Under the pieces are notes generated by a model, which was not told where the DNA came from, searched no databases, and saw nothing but the letters and a program-made list of their open reading frames with translations. This document shows positions 46,022 to 55,955 of a DNA stretch of 64,000 nt, piece by piece. The translations under genes and the position numbers were made by a program. How positions within the stretch are numbered: position 1 is the stretch's first letter; each line of letters opens with the position of its first letter. Origin of the DNA: Verrucomicrobiia bacterium (GTDB lineage: Bacteria > Verrucomicrobiota > Verrucomicrobiia > Chthoniobacterales > UBA6821); assembly GCA_040380225.1 (NCBI GenBank), contig JBEIJN010000014.1, positions 1,995 to 65,994 of the forward strand, in the 5' to 3' direction.

Positions 46022-47133
46022 TTTGGGGACAAAACGGCTTTCACCGCGTCAACATGCCGTGGCGCGACAACCTCCGTTGCATAATGTTCCAAAAACACAC
46101 GGCGCGACGCATGCGATGCCTCAGCGCGCCATTCATCACTGCGGGCAGTCTCGAATGCCCCACCCCACTCCTTATAGGACTCACAGATCGTAACGGCCGC
46201 CCCCCCCGTGCTCCGATCCCTCACATCCAGATAGCTGGGTTGGGGGCTTGCAATAGCGGGCAGGCCGCAAGCCATCCCCAGAGTGATCTTCCATTCCGTA
46301 TGAGACTGGTTGTACGGGTTCTCCAGAAACCTCGGCGAGATAACTACCCCAGGTTTTTCGGCATACAGCGAGAGCAGATTCTCGATCGACCTGAACCGAT
46401 GGGTTGTGTGGGGCACTGAAGAAAGAAGAGACTCAAGACTCGCCGCAGCAGTGGCGTCCAGGCGACTCACGGCTGATTTCAAATCGCCCGTCACAAGATG
46501 CAGTCTGATCTTCTTTCCCATCGAGCGCATCGCCTCTCCTGCCGCAAGCAGATCGGACGCCTTGTCAGCCATCCCCGACCACCAGACATGGAGTGCGGAA
46601 TCATCGCGCGGGACGGTAGCCTGCGGCGTGGGGATCATTCTCGCGGGAATTTGGTCCGGAACCCAGAAAACGTTAGGATTCCACGCCGCGCAAATTGCTG
46701 TCAGATGACTGGAGGAGGCAATCACGCCGTCCGTCAGGGATGTCATCCTGATTGCTTTTTCCCTCTGCGCCGAGGTTGGTCTTAAATGCCCGGGGAGCGT
46801 CCCTCCCCCCCCTTCGGTGTAGTAATCGACATTGGCCTCGAAGATGACCTTTGTCCCCTTCTCCTTGAGCCTTTCGGCAAAGTCGGCGCATCCGGCCTCC
46901 ATTGACTTAAGAAATACCACCGCGTCGTAACGACGCCAGGGTTTGAAAAGCTCATAGCGCATCCCGAAACCTGGATCACGGTTCACCACCTCCGCAATCC
47001 AGCCAAAGCGCATGAAATTCATGGGGGAGTGCCGGTCCGGCCACCCCGTCAGGAGGTAATGAGGTTTCATACCTCGCATCACCGCTTTCCATTCAGGAAA
47101 ACGACTATTGATGATGAATCCGATCCGCTTCAC
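46018..47133 (-). CDS. Hypothetical GT-B-like glycosyltransferase
   Basis: Likely GTG start at 47133, overlapping the upstream TGA (GTGA). GT-B-like C-terminal half (KITLGMACGLPAIASP). Weak family call. Confidence 0.45.
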   Translation of the reverse strand: MKRIGFIINSRFPEWKAVMRGMKPHYLLTGWPDRHSPMNFMRFGWIAEVVNRDPGFGMRYELFKPWRRYDAVVFLKSMEAGCADFAERLKEKGTKVIFEANVDYYTEGGGGTLPGHLRPTSAQREKAIRMTSLTDGVIASSSHLTAICAAWNPNVFWVPDQIPARMIPTPQATVPRDDSALHVWWSGMADKASDLLAAGEAMRSMGKKIRLHLVTGDLKSAVSRLDATAAASLESLLSSVPHTTHRFRSIENLLSLYAEKPGVVISPRFLENPYNQSHTEWKITLGMACGLPAIASPQPSYLDVRDRSTGGAAVTICESYKEWGGAFETARSDEWRAEASHASRRVFLEHYATEVVAPRHVDAVKAVLSPK

Positions 47134-47933
47134 CTGGCGGGAGACCTCGGAAAGAAGGATCGGATCTCCTTGGTAACCAAGGGGCCCCTGCCGTAACGCT
47201 GCTCCTTGGAGTCCCTCGGTGCTCCGCGTAAGACAAAGGCAATCCAAGCGCGTATGAATCGCAGGACCGGCCATGTGTGACGATCCATGATGCAGTCTCG
47301 ATTCCGGGGATTTTCCGCGTCACGCGACGACCTCCTGACAAAGCATGGATGGAGGCAGCGGAAATCGGCTTCTTCCCAGGAAACCTGCTCATGAAGGTCC
47401 CGGCGAAGACCTTCGTGGTATCCCTCACGGAAAACCACCGTACCCCCATGCATCCGCTCCCGGCAGGGACCATTCCATGCCTTGATGGCATTGAAGTTGT
47501 AGAGTTTCGTCATGCTGCGGCACGGGGGAGCCAGATGACCCTGCGCCCAAGCTTCCCCGACATTGATCCTGCGGACATTGAGGACGTTTCCAAAAATGCA
47601 CCAGTCCTTGTCAAACTCACCCGACTCGAGGCGTCCCCTCATCCGCGAAAGGCCTTCCGGATCGTAAATCTCGTCGCCATCGAATCCGAAGATCCAGGTA
47701 TGGGTTCCGGCATACCCCTCGATCAGATCATGGCTAACAGCGGGCGTCATGACGCTGTGAATTTCGAGCTTGTCACCGAATTCGGTTTTCAACTCCTCAA
47801 GAATTTCAAGAGTGCGATCCGATGACGGCCCCTCCACCGCAATCACCTTGTCGCAGAAGTCGATGGCGTTTCTAAGAACCCTTTCGACATACAGATCCTC
47901 ATCCTTCACCAGAAGAATTCCAATGATTTTCAT
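47130..47933 (-). CDS. GT-A fold glycosyltransferase (GT2-like)
   Basis: MKIIGILLVKDEDLYVERVLRNAIDFCDKVIAVEGPSSDRT, FDGDEIY (DxD-like). Start trimmed from 48023. Confidence 0.55.
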   Translation of the reverse strand: MKIIGILLVKDEDLYVERVLRNAIDFCDKVIAVEGPSSDRTLEILEELKTEFGDKLEIHSVMTPAVSHDLIEGYAGTHTWIFGFDGDEIYDPEGLSRMRGRLESGEFDKDWCIFGNVLNVRRINVGEAWAQGHLAPPCRSMTKLYNFNAIKAWNGPCRERMHGGTVVFREGYHEGLRRDLHEQVSWEEADFRCLHPCFVRRSSRDAENPRNRDCIMDRHTWPVLRFIRAWIAFVLRGAPRDSKEQRYGRGPLVTKEIRSFFPRSPAR

Positions 47934-47982
47934 GCGCGGCACTCCTTGGGTAACAACGATGTGGAGATCATGGCAAGGTTCA

Positions 47983-49140
47983 TCACCGACGTTTGCGAAT
48001 CCAATCCCGGCAAGGCATCTCAAAATAGCGGTAGGAAAGATCCGATAATCCGAGAACCACTGCTAGGAGAACCGCAAGATTGATGAGTCCATGCCCGAGT
48101 AGACTTGCGGAGAAATGCTCCTTCCCTATCCGAATCAGGAATACAATCCACCCCATGACAAGAATATGCCACAGATAGATTGAATAGGATCTTTCACCCA
48201 ACCATTGGAAAACCCTGTGCTTGAGGATCCCTGTAATAATGCCGCTGTCATAGGCACTGAAGAGAATGAGTGCCGGGAACGCATAGAGTAGGTACTGGTC
48301 GGGGAGCCCCCCCTGTCTGGTCAGCACTAACACCATCACCACGCCGATCAACACGGCGTCGATGAACGGAAAACGCAGGATGAATGCAGGAATCCTGCGA
48401 AACACGGAACAGAGAAAGAACCCTGCCGCAAAACCCAGGATGCCTTTTGCCAAAAATCGTGATTGCCACTCGAAATCACCCACATGCAGCGGCGGAATCT
48501 TGTAATTCGCCATCCACCATGTGGCGGCCAAGGCAAGGACCGCTGACAGAAACCCGATGCCGCGCCTATCCGCGCACCGTGTGACCAAGAGAACGAGAAG
48601 AGGGAAAACAAAGAGGTAACAGAAGAATTCGACGCTGATCGACCATGCGGGTGAATTCAATGTCTCTCTCCAACCGAAAAGCACACCCGATACCATCGTG
48701 AAGTTGGTGAGTAGGGTGATCGCTGGATTGCCTGTCAGAACCTCCGGTTTATGCCCCCAGATCGCATAAAATGAGAGAGGGGTTAGAAAGGGAAGCAAGG
48801 TGAGATAATACAGCGGCATGATACGACCAATGCGTGCACGGAGATATGAAGACCAAACGATGGGGCGATCCCGGCCGACATAAACCCAGTTGAGGATGAA
48901 CCCGCTCAGCATGAAAAACAGAAGGACAGCCTGATAACCCCAGTTGAAGAGCGAGAACCAACGGACATCCAGCCCCCAGTCGGTCAGGATGCCGTTTTTT
49001 GCCTGACCTCCCACATGCCCCAGAAAGACGCTCATGGCAGCGATTCCACGGAGCGCCGTGTGGGACTGGATTTCCGACCCGGGCCTCTTGGGCGCGGGTG
49101 CCCGCAATCCTTGGAAAAAACCAGCCATGCCGCCGCTCAC
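47983..49140 (-). CDS. Membrane O-acyltransferase, acyltransferase-3 (AT3) family
   Basis: 385 aa, about 10 TM. ALRGIAAMSVFLGH, FFMLSGF, AWSISVEFFCY, SYSIYLWH. Confidence 0.75.
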   Translation of the reverse strand: MSGGMAGFFQGLRAPAPKRPGSEIQSHTALRGIAAMSVFLGHVGGQAKNGILTDWGLDVRWFSLFNWGYQAVLLFFMLSGFILNWVYVGRDRPIVWSSYLRARIGRIMPLYYLTLLPFLTPLSFYAIWGHKPEVLTGNPAITLLTNFTMVSGVLFGWRETLNSPAWSISVEFFCYLFVFPLLVLLVTRCADRRGIGFLSAVLALAATWWMANYKIPPLHVGDFEWQSRFLAKGILGFAAGFFLCSVFRRIPAFILRFPFIDAVLIGVVMVLVLTRQGGLPDQYLLYAFPALILFSAYDSGIITGILKHRVFQWLGERSYSIYLWHILVMGWIVFLIRIGKEHFSASLLGHGLINLAVLLAVVLGLSDLSYRYFEMPCRDWIRKRR

Positions 49141-50114
49141 CTGTTTGTCACCAGATACTGGCAGAGATCGGCGTAATCCATCGCCATTCTGTCGCCCGAC
49201 GGCATCGCCCTTAAGAGTTTTTTCCGAAACTCTGGTAGCCTTTCAGCCATTTGCTTCAAGGCATCCGCAGGGTCATCCCTGAATCCGATCCCGTATTTCC
49301 TGCCCGCCTCGACGATACCGCCGCCGTCCTCATGGTAAACAAGGGGCAACCCGCATTGGGCCCCCTCCACATGGTGCATCCCGCAAGGTTCCCAGCGAGA
49401 GGCAGTCAGATAGATGTGGCACTCGCGAAGCTTCCGCGCGAGCGGTTTTCCGGTCATCGGCCCGATCAGTTCCGCCGAACGCCAATTGATTGACTTCGGC
49501 CAGCGTCCGATCACACGAAGTTCAAAACCGGGTAATTTCCCGTCCGCGATCATATGATCCACTTTTTCGTACATATCGAATCCCTTCAGTGCATTATCGG
49601 ACCAGTGATGAGTCACGATCCTGACGGTTTCCCCGGCTTTGGGAAGCGCCGATCCGAATGGGTGATACACCGCCGGGTCCGCGCCATTGTAGATGCAGGA
49701 ATGTGGCTTCGAGAGATCGAACCACCTTGCCGCGAAATAATCCCTCAGCCACTCCGCGATGAACACGGTGTGATCAGCCATGTCGTTTGCCTGCCGCAGA
49801 AGCTCGTCAATGTCGTTGGTTCCCTTGCGCTGGTCGCATTCATTGATGCGGTGAAGGACAGGAATCCGAGGATGAGCGGCACGGAAACGCTTGAGTTCCT
49901 GCAGTCCGAATTTCTTTTTCGGATGATCCATCCGAGGATCCATCACCAGAACAACATCAGGAACAGGATCCAAGGCGTATTGGATCCTCCACCCCCTCCT
50001 CTTCAGAAGAGCAGCCAACTGCCAGACAAAAGGGCTTGCTCCTCCCCATGGCGACCATGTCGGAGCCATACTGATCGCCAAACGGGGCCCCTGATTGAAT
50101 AAGGTGAAATTCAC
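49137..50114 (-). CDS. GT-B fold glycosyltransferase (GT4-like)
   Basis: 325 aa. YLTASRWEPCGMHHVEGAQCGLPLVY. Confidence 0.55.
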   Translation of the reverse strand: MNFTLFNQGPRLAISMAPTWSPWGGASPFVWQLAALLKRRGWRIQYALDPVPDVVLVMDPRMDHPKKKFGLQELKRFRAAHPRIPVLHRINECDQRKGTNDIDELLRQANDMADHTVFIAEWLRDYFAARWFDLSKPHSCIYNGADPAVYHPFGSALPKAGETVRIVTHHWSDNALKGFDMYEKVDHMIADGKLPGFELRVIGRWPKSINWRSAELIGPMTGKPLARKLRECHIYLTASRWEPCGMHHVEGAQCGLPLVYHEDGGGIVEAGRKYGIGFRDDPADALKQMAERLPEFRKKLLRAMPSGDRMAMDYADLCQYLVTNR

Positions 50115-50168
50115 TGCTCGAAACTGACTCCTAAAGCCCGCTCAAGAAAGGCTCTTTTCATGGTATTT

Positions 50169-52097
50169 TTACGGCATGACGGTTCGGTCGAGATAAGTGA
50201 CGTGATCTTTCACATACCCTTTGCGGAGATGGGCCTTGTCGAACCGGATGGGACCCTGCTCGTTCTCCTGGATGCACCAACCGTCGATGCACAGAAAATC
50301 AAGTGGATCGATCACCTCGGCACCGTTTGCCAGTGCAACACGTTTCATGTCCTTCCTTGAAATGAAGTCGCCGATTCCATTCAGGAACTCCTCCCGGCTC
50401 ACGGGAACGGGCCTGCTGATGCTGATGCCGGTGAAGGTCCTGGTGATGAAGTGACGTGGATCGAAGACATCGCCATTCGGGACGCTCAGCACCAGCACCA
50501 CCTCCTTGCCCTGCTCGTGTAGCGATCGAATAAGGGCTCCGAGGGCAGCGATAGCCTCGTTCTCACCTATCGGGGTCGCCAGAGAGTGACCGTTGATCTC
50601 AAACTTGCTTCCTTTCTTAAAATAAGGATCCCAGTTGGCAGCAATCACCACCCGTCGGATCAATGGGTTCTCCTGAAGCACGCCCATAAGACGGCCCATT
50701 GCAATCGCGGTGGTTTTTATTGGATCGATCACCCCGGGAATGGGTGGGCGACCGCCGGATCCCAGCATCAATACTCCTGTGTTTTTATCTTTGAGCCCGT
50801 TCACCACGATCCGGATGCGCGGCGCGTAATGCCACATGTTGCTGTCGCCAAGGTAAAGGGTTCGGATCTCCTTCCCACCAACCCTGCAGAGGTAGACATT
50901 CCCTTGAGTATCAGTCTCCCAACCATCGAAAAACCCTTGGTTTTTGGTGGCAAAAGCCACCTGCTCAATCCTTGCGGTCGTCGTCGGATAGATCCCCTTT
51001 CTCCAGATGATCCAACCGAAGATACCGGCAATGAGGAAGGATGCCACGAGCAACCAAAAAACAGCACGGGATCTCGTGTGGCGGAGCGGTTTCTCGATGA
51101 GATAGTAGGTGAAAATCGTCAGTACGAGTGCGACTCCCAAAGCCATCCAGATAACACCGGGCGGAGGATTGGTACCTTTGACAATATGCAGGAATGACAA
51201 GGCAGGCCAATGGAAGAGATAGAGCGGATAGCTGATCAGGCCGATCCAGACTATCGCCGGATAGGAAAGGAAGAAACGGTTGAACCAAGCTCCTTTTCCT
51301 CCCTCCATCACCAGAACCGTCCCGCATACTGGCAACAAGGCCCTCCATCCCGGATAGAAGGCATCCTCGTGAATGAAGGCAAAACCTGCCGCGAGCAGAA
51401 GTACTCCAACAAAGGATAAAAGATGCCTGTGTACCGGCACATCCTCCTCGTGCCCCCTTTCAAAGTGCCACCATGCCAGAAGCGAACCTCCGAGAAATTC
51501 CCATGACCTCCATGGGGTGAGGAAAAAAGCGGCGGAACCGCTTATGCGGGATATCAGGAGATTTCCGATCAACGAGGCCAGAAACAGCCCCCCCAGAACT
51601 CGGGCCATCGGCCAGCGTTTTCTGGCAACAAGGAGAAGCAGCGGGGGGAAGAAAATGTAGAACTGTTCTTCCACAGCCAGCGACCAGAGATGCAGGAGTG
51701 GCTTCGTGTCAGCCGCAGTATCGAAGTAACCGCACTCCTGCCAGAAGACGATGTTCTGGATAAAGACAGCTCCAGCCGCGACATGCTTCCCAAGTTGTTC
51801 GTATTCCCCCCGGAGCAGCACGAAGAACCCATAGGCAAGACAGAGTCCTAGTACTGCCACCAGCGAGGGAAAGAGGCGGCGAACCCGGCGCGCATAAAAC
51901 TCGGAAAAGCTGAAATCACCCGCCTTTACACCCTTGTAAAGGATCCCGCTGATCAGATAGCCGGAAATCACGAAGAAAATGTCCACACCGGTGAATCCTC
52001 CGGGCAACGCCTTGGGAAAGGCATGATAGACAATCACGCCGAGCACGGCGACAGCCCTCAGGCCATCGATGTCGGGGCGGTATCGCAGAGAGGTCAT
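50169..52097 (-). CDS. AT3-SGNH fused O-acyltransferase (OafA/YrhL-like), paralog 1
   Basis: 642 aa. YRPDIDGLRAVAVLGVIVYHAF, VDIFFVISGYLIS, LWSLAVEEQFYIFFP, ISYPLYLFHWP. C-terminal extracytoplasmic domain with LGDSNMWHY (SGNH block I-like). Confidence 0.8.
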   Translation of the reverse strand: MTSLRYRPDIDGLRAVAVLGVIVYHAFPKALPGGFTGVDIFFVISGYLISGILYKGVKAGDFSFSEFYARRVRRLFPSLVAVLGLCLAYGFFVLLRGEYEQLGKHVAAGAVFIQNIVFWQECGYFDTAADTKPLLHLWSLAVEEQFYIFFPPLLLLVARKRWPMARVLGGLFLASLIGNLLISRISGSAAFFLTPWRSWEFLGGSLLAWWHFERGHEEDVPVHRHLLSFVGVLLLAAGFAFIHEDAFYPGWRALLPVCGTVLVMEGGKGAWFNRFFLSYPAIVWIGLISYPLYLFHWPALSFLHIVKGTNPPPGVIWMALGVALVLTIFTYYLIEKPLRHTRSRAVFWLLVASFLIAGIFGWIIWRKGIYPTTTARIEQVAFATKNQGFFDGWETDTQGNVYLCRVGGKEIRTLYLGDSNMWHYAPRIRIVVNGLKDKNTGVLMLGSGGRPPIPGVIDPIKTTAIAMGRLMGVLQENPLIRRVVIAANWDPYFKKGSKFEINGHSLATPIGENEAIAALGALIRSLHEQGKEVVLVLSVPNGDVFDPRHFITRTFTGISISRPVPVSREEFLNGIGDFISRKDMKRVALANGAEVIDPLDFLCIDGWCIQENEQGPIRFDKAHLRKGYVKDHVTYLDRTVMP

Positions 52098-52108
52098 GCC
52101 GGCCGTCT

Positions 52109-54046
52109 TTAGGGAGCAACGGTAAAATCGAGGTACATCAACTTATCCCTGACATATCCCGGACGGAGGTGCGTAGCATCATAGCGGATGGGACCATCAG
52201 TATCTTCGGCGATACACATGCCGTCCACGCAAAGGTAATCCATAGGGTCAATTACCTCCGCTCCGTTTCTTCGTGCCACCGCAGCGATCTCGGACAAGAA
52301 ATCCCCCCTATCTTCAAGAAACTCCTTCACAGTCAGTCGACCCGCCGAACAGCTGCGAACCCCAGTGAAATCCCTTGCGAAAAAACTTTTTGGATCGAGC
52401 AGATCACCCGACGGCACGCTTAGCACAAGCGTGACTTGTTTCCCGGACAGCGCAAAATTGTTTATTTCGCGCCCCAAATCCTCAAGGGCAGTTTTTCTTC
52501 CATTCACGCCGCTCATGGGTTGCCCTTGATGCAAGTATTTTGAGTGATCCATGAAATAGGCATGCCAGCGAGCTGCTATCACCACACGGTCAATTCTTGG
52601 ATCAGAGTTCAGTACCTCATGGATCTTTGGCATCAACGCCACACACCTTGGTTTTGCGGGATGGGTTACGCGGGGAATCGGGGGAACCCCGACAGATGTC
52701 AGAAAAAGAGCCCCCCTTGCCGGATTGGCAGACTGTTTAGTCAAGAGCCTCAATATTCGCGGTGCATACTGCTGGGCATTACTGTCGCCGATATAGAGTG
52801 TCTGCGGCCCTTCCCCTCCAGCATGGTTGAAGCTAAAGAGTTGAGCATCACCCAAGCACTGCAATCCCGCCAGCGAATCATGATCGCGCGTTGCCGTCAC
52901 ACACTTCTGAACATCGCCTGAAACCGATATTGCTGGGATCCAACCCCTGAAAATCGCCCAACCAGCAAATCCCAAGAGAAGGTAGATCAGGATGAGAGTG
53001 GGCAACACCCGGGCGGACATGCAGTACCTGATCTTTTTCTCAACGAGATAGTAAGTGATGAGCGTCAGCGCGAAGGCAACTCCCAAGGCCATCCAGATAA
53101 GTTCCGGCTCAGGATTCGCACCTTTGACGATGTGAAGGAACGACAATGCCGGCCAGTGGAAGAGGTAGAGGGGATAGCTAATTAGCCCCACATACACCAT
53201 TGCAGGATGGGAAAGGATCCTTCTGTTCACCCAAGCACCGCCGCCCCCCTCGATCACCAGCAGCGTACCCGCTACTGGCAGCAGGGCTCGCCATCCGGGA
53301 TAGGGTTGCGCCTTCGTCAGCAAGATCATGCCTAGCAGCATCAGGATGGCCCCCGCCCAGGAAAGGATCTCCCTGTGCTTTGGCTTCTCCGCATGATGAG
53401 CCCGATCATAGTGCCACCATGCAAGGAGACTTCCTGCCAGGAACTCCCATGCCCGATAGGGCGTCAGGAAGAAGTCTGAGGCTGCACTCTGATACGACAT
53501 CACCACGTTGCCAATGAAGGAACCGATGAGAAGCACGCCCATGATGGCTGCAGGCGGCCACTTCTTTTTCCAGATCAGCAGTAGGAGCGGCGGAAAGAAG
53601 ATATAGAACTGTTCCTCCACCGCAAGCGACCAGAGGTGGAGTAGCGGCTTGAGAATGGCCGCCGTGTCAAAATAACCGCTCTCCTGCCAGAAAACCATAT
53701 TCTGGATAAAGAGAGTTCCTGCCGCCACATGCTTTCCCAGCTTCTCATACTCGTCCGGCAGCAGAATGACCCACCCATAGCCCAGGCAGAGCAGCAGAAC
53801 GGTGATGAGCGAAGGAAAGAGCCTCCTGATACGCCGTGCGTAGAACTCCTTGAAGCTGAAGGGCCCTTCCCTATGACCCTTGTAGAGAATCCCGCTGATC
53901 AGATATCCGCTAATCACGAAGAAGATATCCACCCCGCTGAACCCTCCCGGCAATAACTTCGGGAACGCATGGAAAATGATGACGCCGAGAACCGCCACAG
54001 CCCTTAGGCCATCAATGTCGGGACGGTATCTCAGTGAAACACTCAT
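52109..54046 (-). CDS. AT3-SGNH fused O-acyltransferase, paralog 2 (tandem duplicate)
   Basis: 645 aa. N-terminal AT3 half is highly similar to paralog 1 (same motifs). The C-terminal half (IGDSNAQQY) is clearly more diverged. Confidence 0.8.
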   Translation of the reverse strand: MSVSLRYRPDIDGLRAVAVLGVIIFHAFPKLLPGGFSGVDIFFVISGYLISGILYKGHREGPFSFKEFYARRIRRLFPSLITVLLLCLGYGWVILLPDEYEKLGKHVAAGTLFIQNMVFWQESGYFDTAAILKPLLHLWSLAVEEQFYIFFPPLLLLIWKKKWPPAAIMGVLLIGSFIGNVVMSYQSAASDFFLTPYRAWEFLAGSLLAWWHYDRAHHAEKPKHREILSWAGAILMLLGMILLTKAQPYPGWRALLPVAGTLLVIEGGGGAWVNRRILSHPAMVYVGLISYPLYLFHWPALSFLHIVKGANPEPELIWMALGVAFALTLITYYLVEKKIRYCMSARVLPTLILIYLLLGFAGWAIFRGWIPAISVSGDVQKCVTATRDHDSLAGLQCLGDAQLFSFNHAGGEGPQTLYIGDSNAQQYAPRILRLLTKQSANPARGALFLTSVGVPPIPRVTHPAKPRCVALMPKIHEVLNSDPRIDRVVIAARWHAYFMDHSKYLHQGQPMSGVNGRKTALEDLGREINNFALSGKQVTLVLSVPSGDLLDPKSFFARDFTGVRSCSAGRLTVKEFLEDRGDFLSEIAAVARRNGAEVIDPMDYLCVDGMCIAEDTDGPIRYDATHLRPGYVRDKLMYLDFTVAP

Positions 54047-55122
54047 TCAGATGAAGATGCCCGCTCAATGACGCCGGCCAATCGCTCGGCAAAACCTTGG
54101 GCCGTCCACTTTGCCCCAAGAAGCGCATTCCTCGCGGCAAGCACACTGGATGTCGACATGGTTCCCTGAATCGCCGCCGCAAACTCTTCCGCATTGTCAG
54201 GGCTCACCAGTGAAACTTCTTTCCCGTCGCGAATGACATCGCTCCCCCACCATCCCGAGGTTTTGGTGATGACCACGGGGGCTTCGCACATCATCGCCTG
54301 CATGGCCACACTCTGCCCGGACGGCTGAAGGCTTTCCCTAAGTGGAACCAACACGCACGCGGCCATCTGGTAAAGATCCCGGAGCCCTTCATCGCTTAGC
54401 GCGTTTTCCTTCCAGTCACCACGACGCCAGAGGACATTCTTCGGCAAATTGTCAGGGGCATCCAGACGTGTGACCACGGTGAAGGGAATCGCCGGAAGGA
54501 TCCTTGCCGTCTCCACAAGCGTGGCGTAGTCACGACGACCATCGTTCCCCACGGCAAGAACTCCACTGCGGTTTCCGTCGATAGACGGAGGGATCCAGAA
54601 AGTCTCATCCACTCCAAACCAACCCGATTGGATTTCATCAGCCTCGGGCTTGAAACGCTTCCTGATCTCAGCCTCCTCTGAATCTGCGAAGAGCACGGCC
54701 TGCATCCGGCCCAGCAGTCGGGCGGTGATGATCCTGCGTACCTCTGATCCTATAGGATAATTGACAGCTCCACAGAGAATTCCCGCGAGAGGCTTCTTGA
54801 ACAGGCCCAGTTCTTTCCAAAGAGCCAGACCGAAGGAAATCTCGGTCGCTGTTGCAACCACCACATCGTAGCCCTTCAACTTCGGAAGCAGACGACGCGT
54901 CCGGGCAATCCAATCGGCCGAAGTTCTGGGAGGAACAAGTATGCCCAAGAGCCCCCCTGCGATCAGGCCGGTCAGCGGATCTGCCGGTTCGGCATCCACC
55001 TCGAGGCAATCCACAGTCCATCCGTGGCGAGAGGATAACTCCCTGGCCCCATAAAAGAAATCGGACGGCCCGTCGGTTCCCCGAAGATGCCGTCCGCCAG
55101 CGTAGACAAAGGCAACCTTCAT
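54043..55122 (-). CDS. GT-B fold glycosyltransferase (GT4-like)
   Basis: Start trimmed to MKVAFVYAGG (ATGA overlap with the upstream stop at 55119-55122). LQPSGQSVAMQAMMCEAPVV. Confidence 0.55.
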   Translation of the reverse strand: MKVAFVYAGGRHLRGTDGPSDFFYGARELSSRHGWTVDCLEVDAEPADPLTGLIAGGLLGILVPPRTSADWIARTRRLLPKLKGYDVVVATATEISFGLALWKELGLFKKPLAGILCGAVNYPIGSEVRRIITARLLGRMQAVLFADSEEAEIRKRFKPEADEIQSGWFGVDETFWIPPSIDGNRSGVLAVGNDGRRDYATLVETARILPAIPFTVVTRLDAPDNLPKNVLWRRGDWKENALSDEGLRDLYQMAACVLVPLRESLQPSGQSVAMQAMMCEAPVVITKTSGWWGSDVIRDGKEVSLVSPDNAEEFAAAIQGTMSTSSVLAARNALLGAKWTAQGFAERLAGVIERASSSE

Positions 55123-55955
55123 TTCATTCGGAAGAGCCTCCACCTGATTCCCTCCATAACTTTCCCAATCACCCCCGCCATCCAGGCATCCCATCCGATC
55201 CAGTATCCGAGGCATCGACCGGGCTTGCTCAGAATCCCGAAATGCCTCGGAGAAGCCTCCCTGAGCCTCGGTAGGAATACCCGGGGACTTCCGCTCTTGT
55301 TCAATGAAGCCGACAACGCCTCGTAATCTGGATGCCGCCCGTGGAGGATTTTTACCGACCCCCTTCCCGCGAACGCAGGCATGATGAATCGGAAGTTGTA
55401 TTCGGGAGGCAGAGTCGCGAAGGAAACATCACTCTGCCACAGCGCATCCCTCAGCGACGGTTGGTCATCGATCACGCCGGTGCTCGTGAGTCTTTCCTGA
55501 TAAAGCTTCTCCCAGAGTGAAAAAAGCGAGCGAGTGCGGTCATTCAGATGATAGGCAATCACCCCGCTGTTGCATTCGGGAAAGGTCGGCGGAACCGACG
55601 AGGTTGCGGTAAATCTCATCGGGGCGTGGGCCATGGCGACATCATGCCGATCCAAGATGGCAAACATCTCGGGAACCGGCTCGCAGAGCCATGTATCGGT
55701 ATCGAGAAACACAGTTCTTTCAAATGGCGTCGAAAGAAGCGGCCCGATCTTATCGGAGAAATTAAACTGCGGGTTTGCTATCGCGAGATGATGATCAAAC
55801 AGATCTTTCGGTGGCGATAGATCGGATGCGATCGCTATCGGAACCCCAGGCATCACCGAGCGGATACGCACGGCAGATCGGCATGACTCATCAAGGAATC
55901 TGCGCCCTGTAGCGATAAAGTAAAATCCGGTGGATGATTCCTTCATACTATCCAT
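55119..55955 (-). CDS. GT-A fold, GT8-like nucleotide-sugar transferase
   Basis: Start trimmed to MDSMKESS (TAATG overlap with the upstream stop). FLDTDTW (DxD), CNSGVIAY, DDQPSL. Confidence 0.5.
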   Translation of the reverse strand: MDSMKESSTGFYFIATGRRFLDESCRSAVRIRSVMPGVPIAIASDLSPPKDLFDHHLAIANPQFNFSDKIGPLLSTPFERTVFLDTDTWLCEPVPEMFAILDRHDVAMAHAPMRFTATSSVPPTFPECNSGVIAYHLNDRTRSLFSLWEKLYQERLTSTGVIDDQPSLRDALWQSDVSFATLPPEYNFRFIMPAFAGRGSVKILHGRHPDYEALSASLNKSGSPRVFLPRLREASPRHFGILSKPGRCLGYWIGWDAWMAGVIGKVMEGIRWRLFRMK

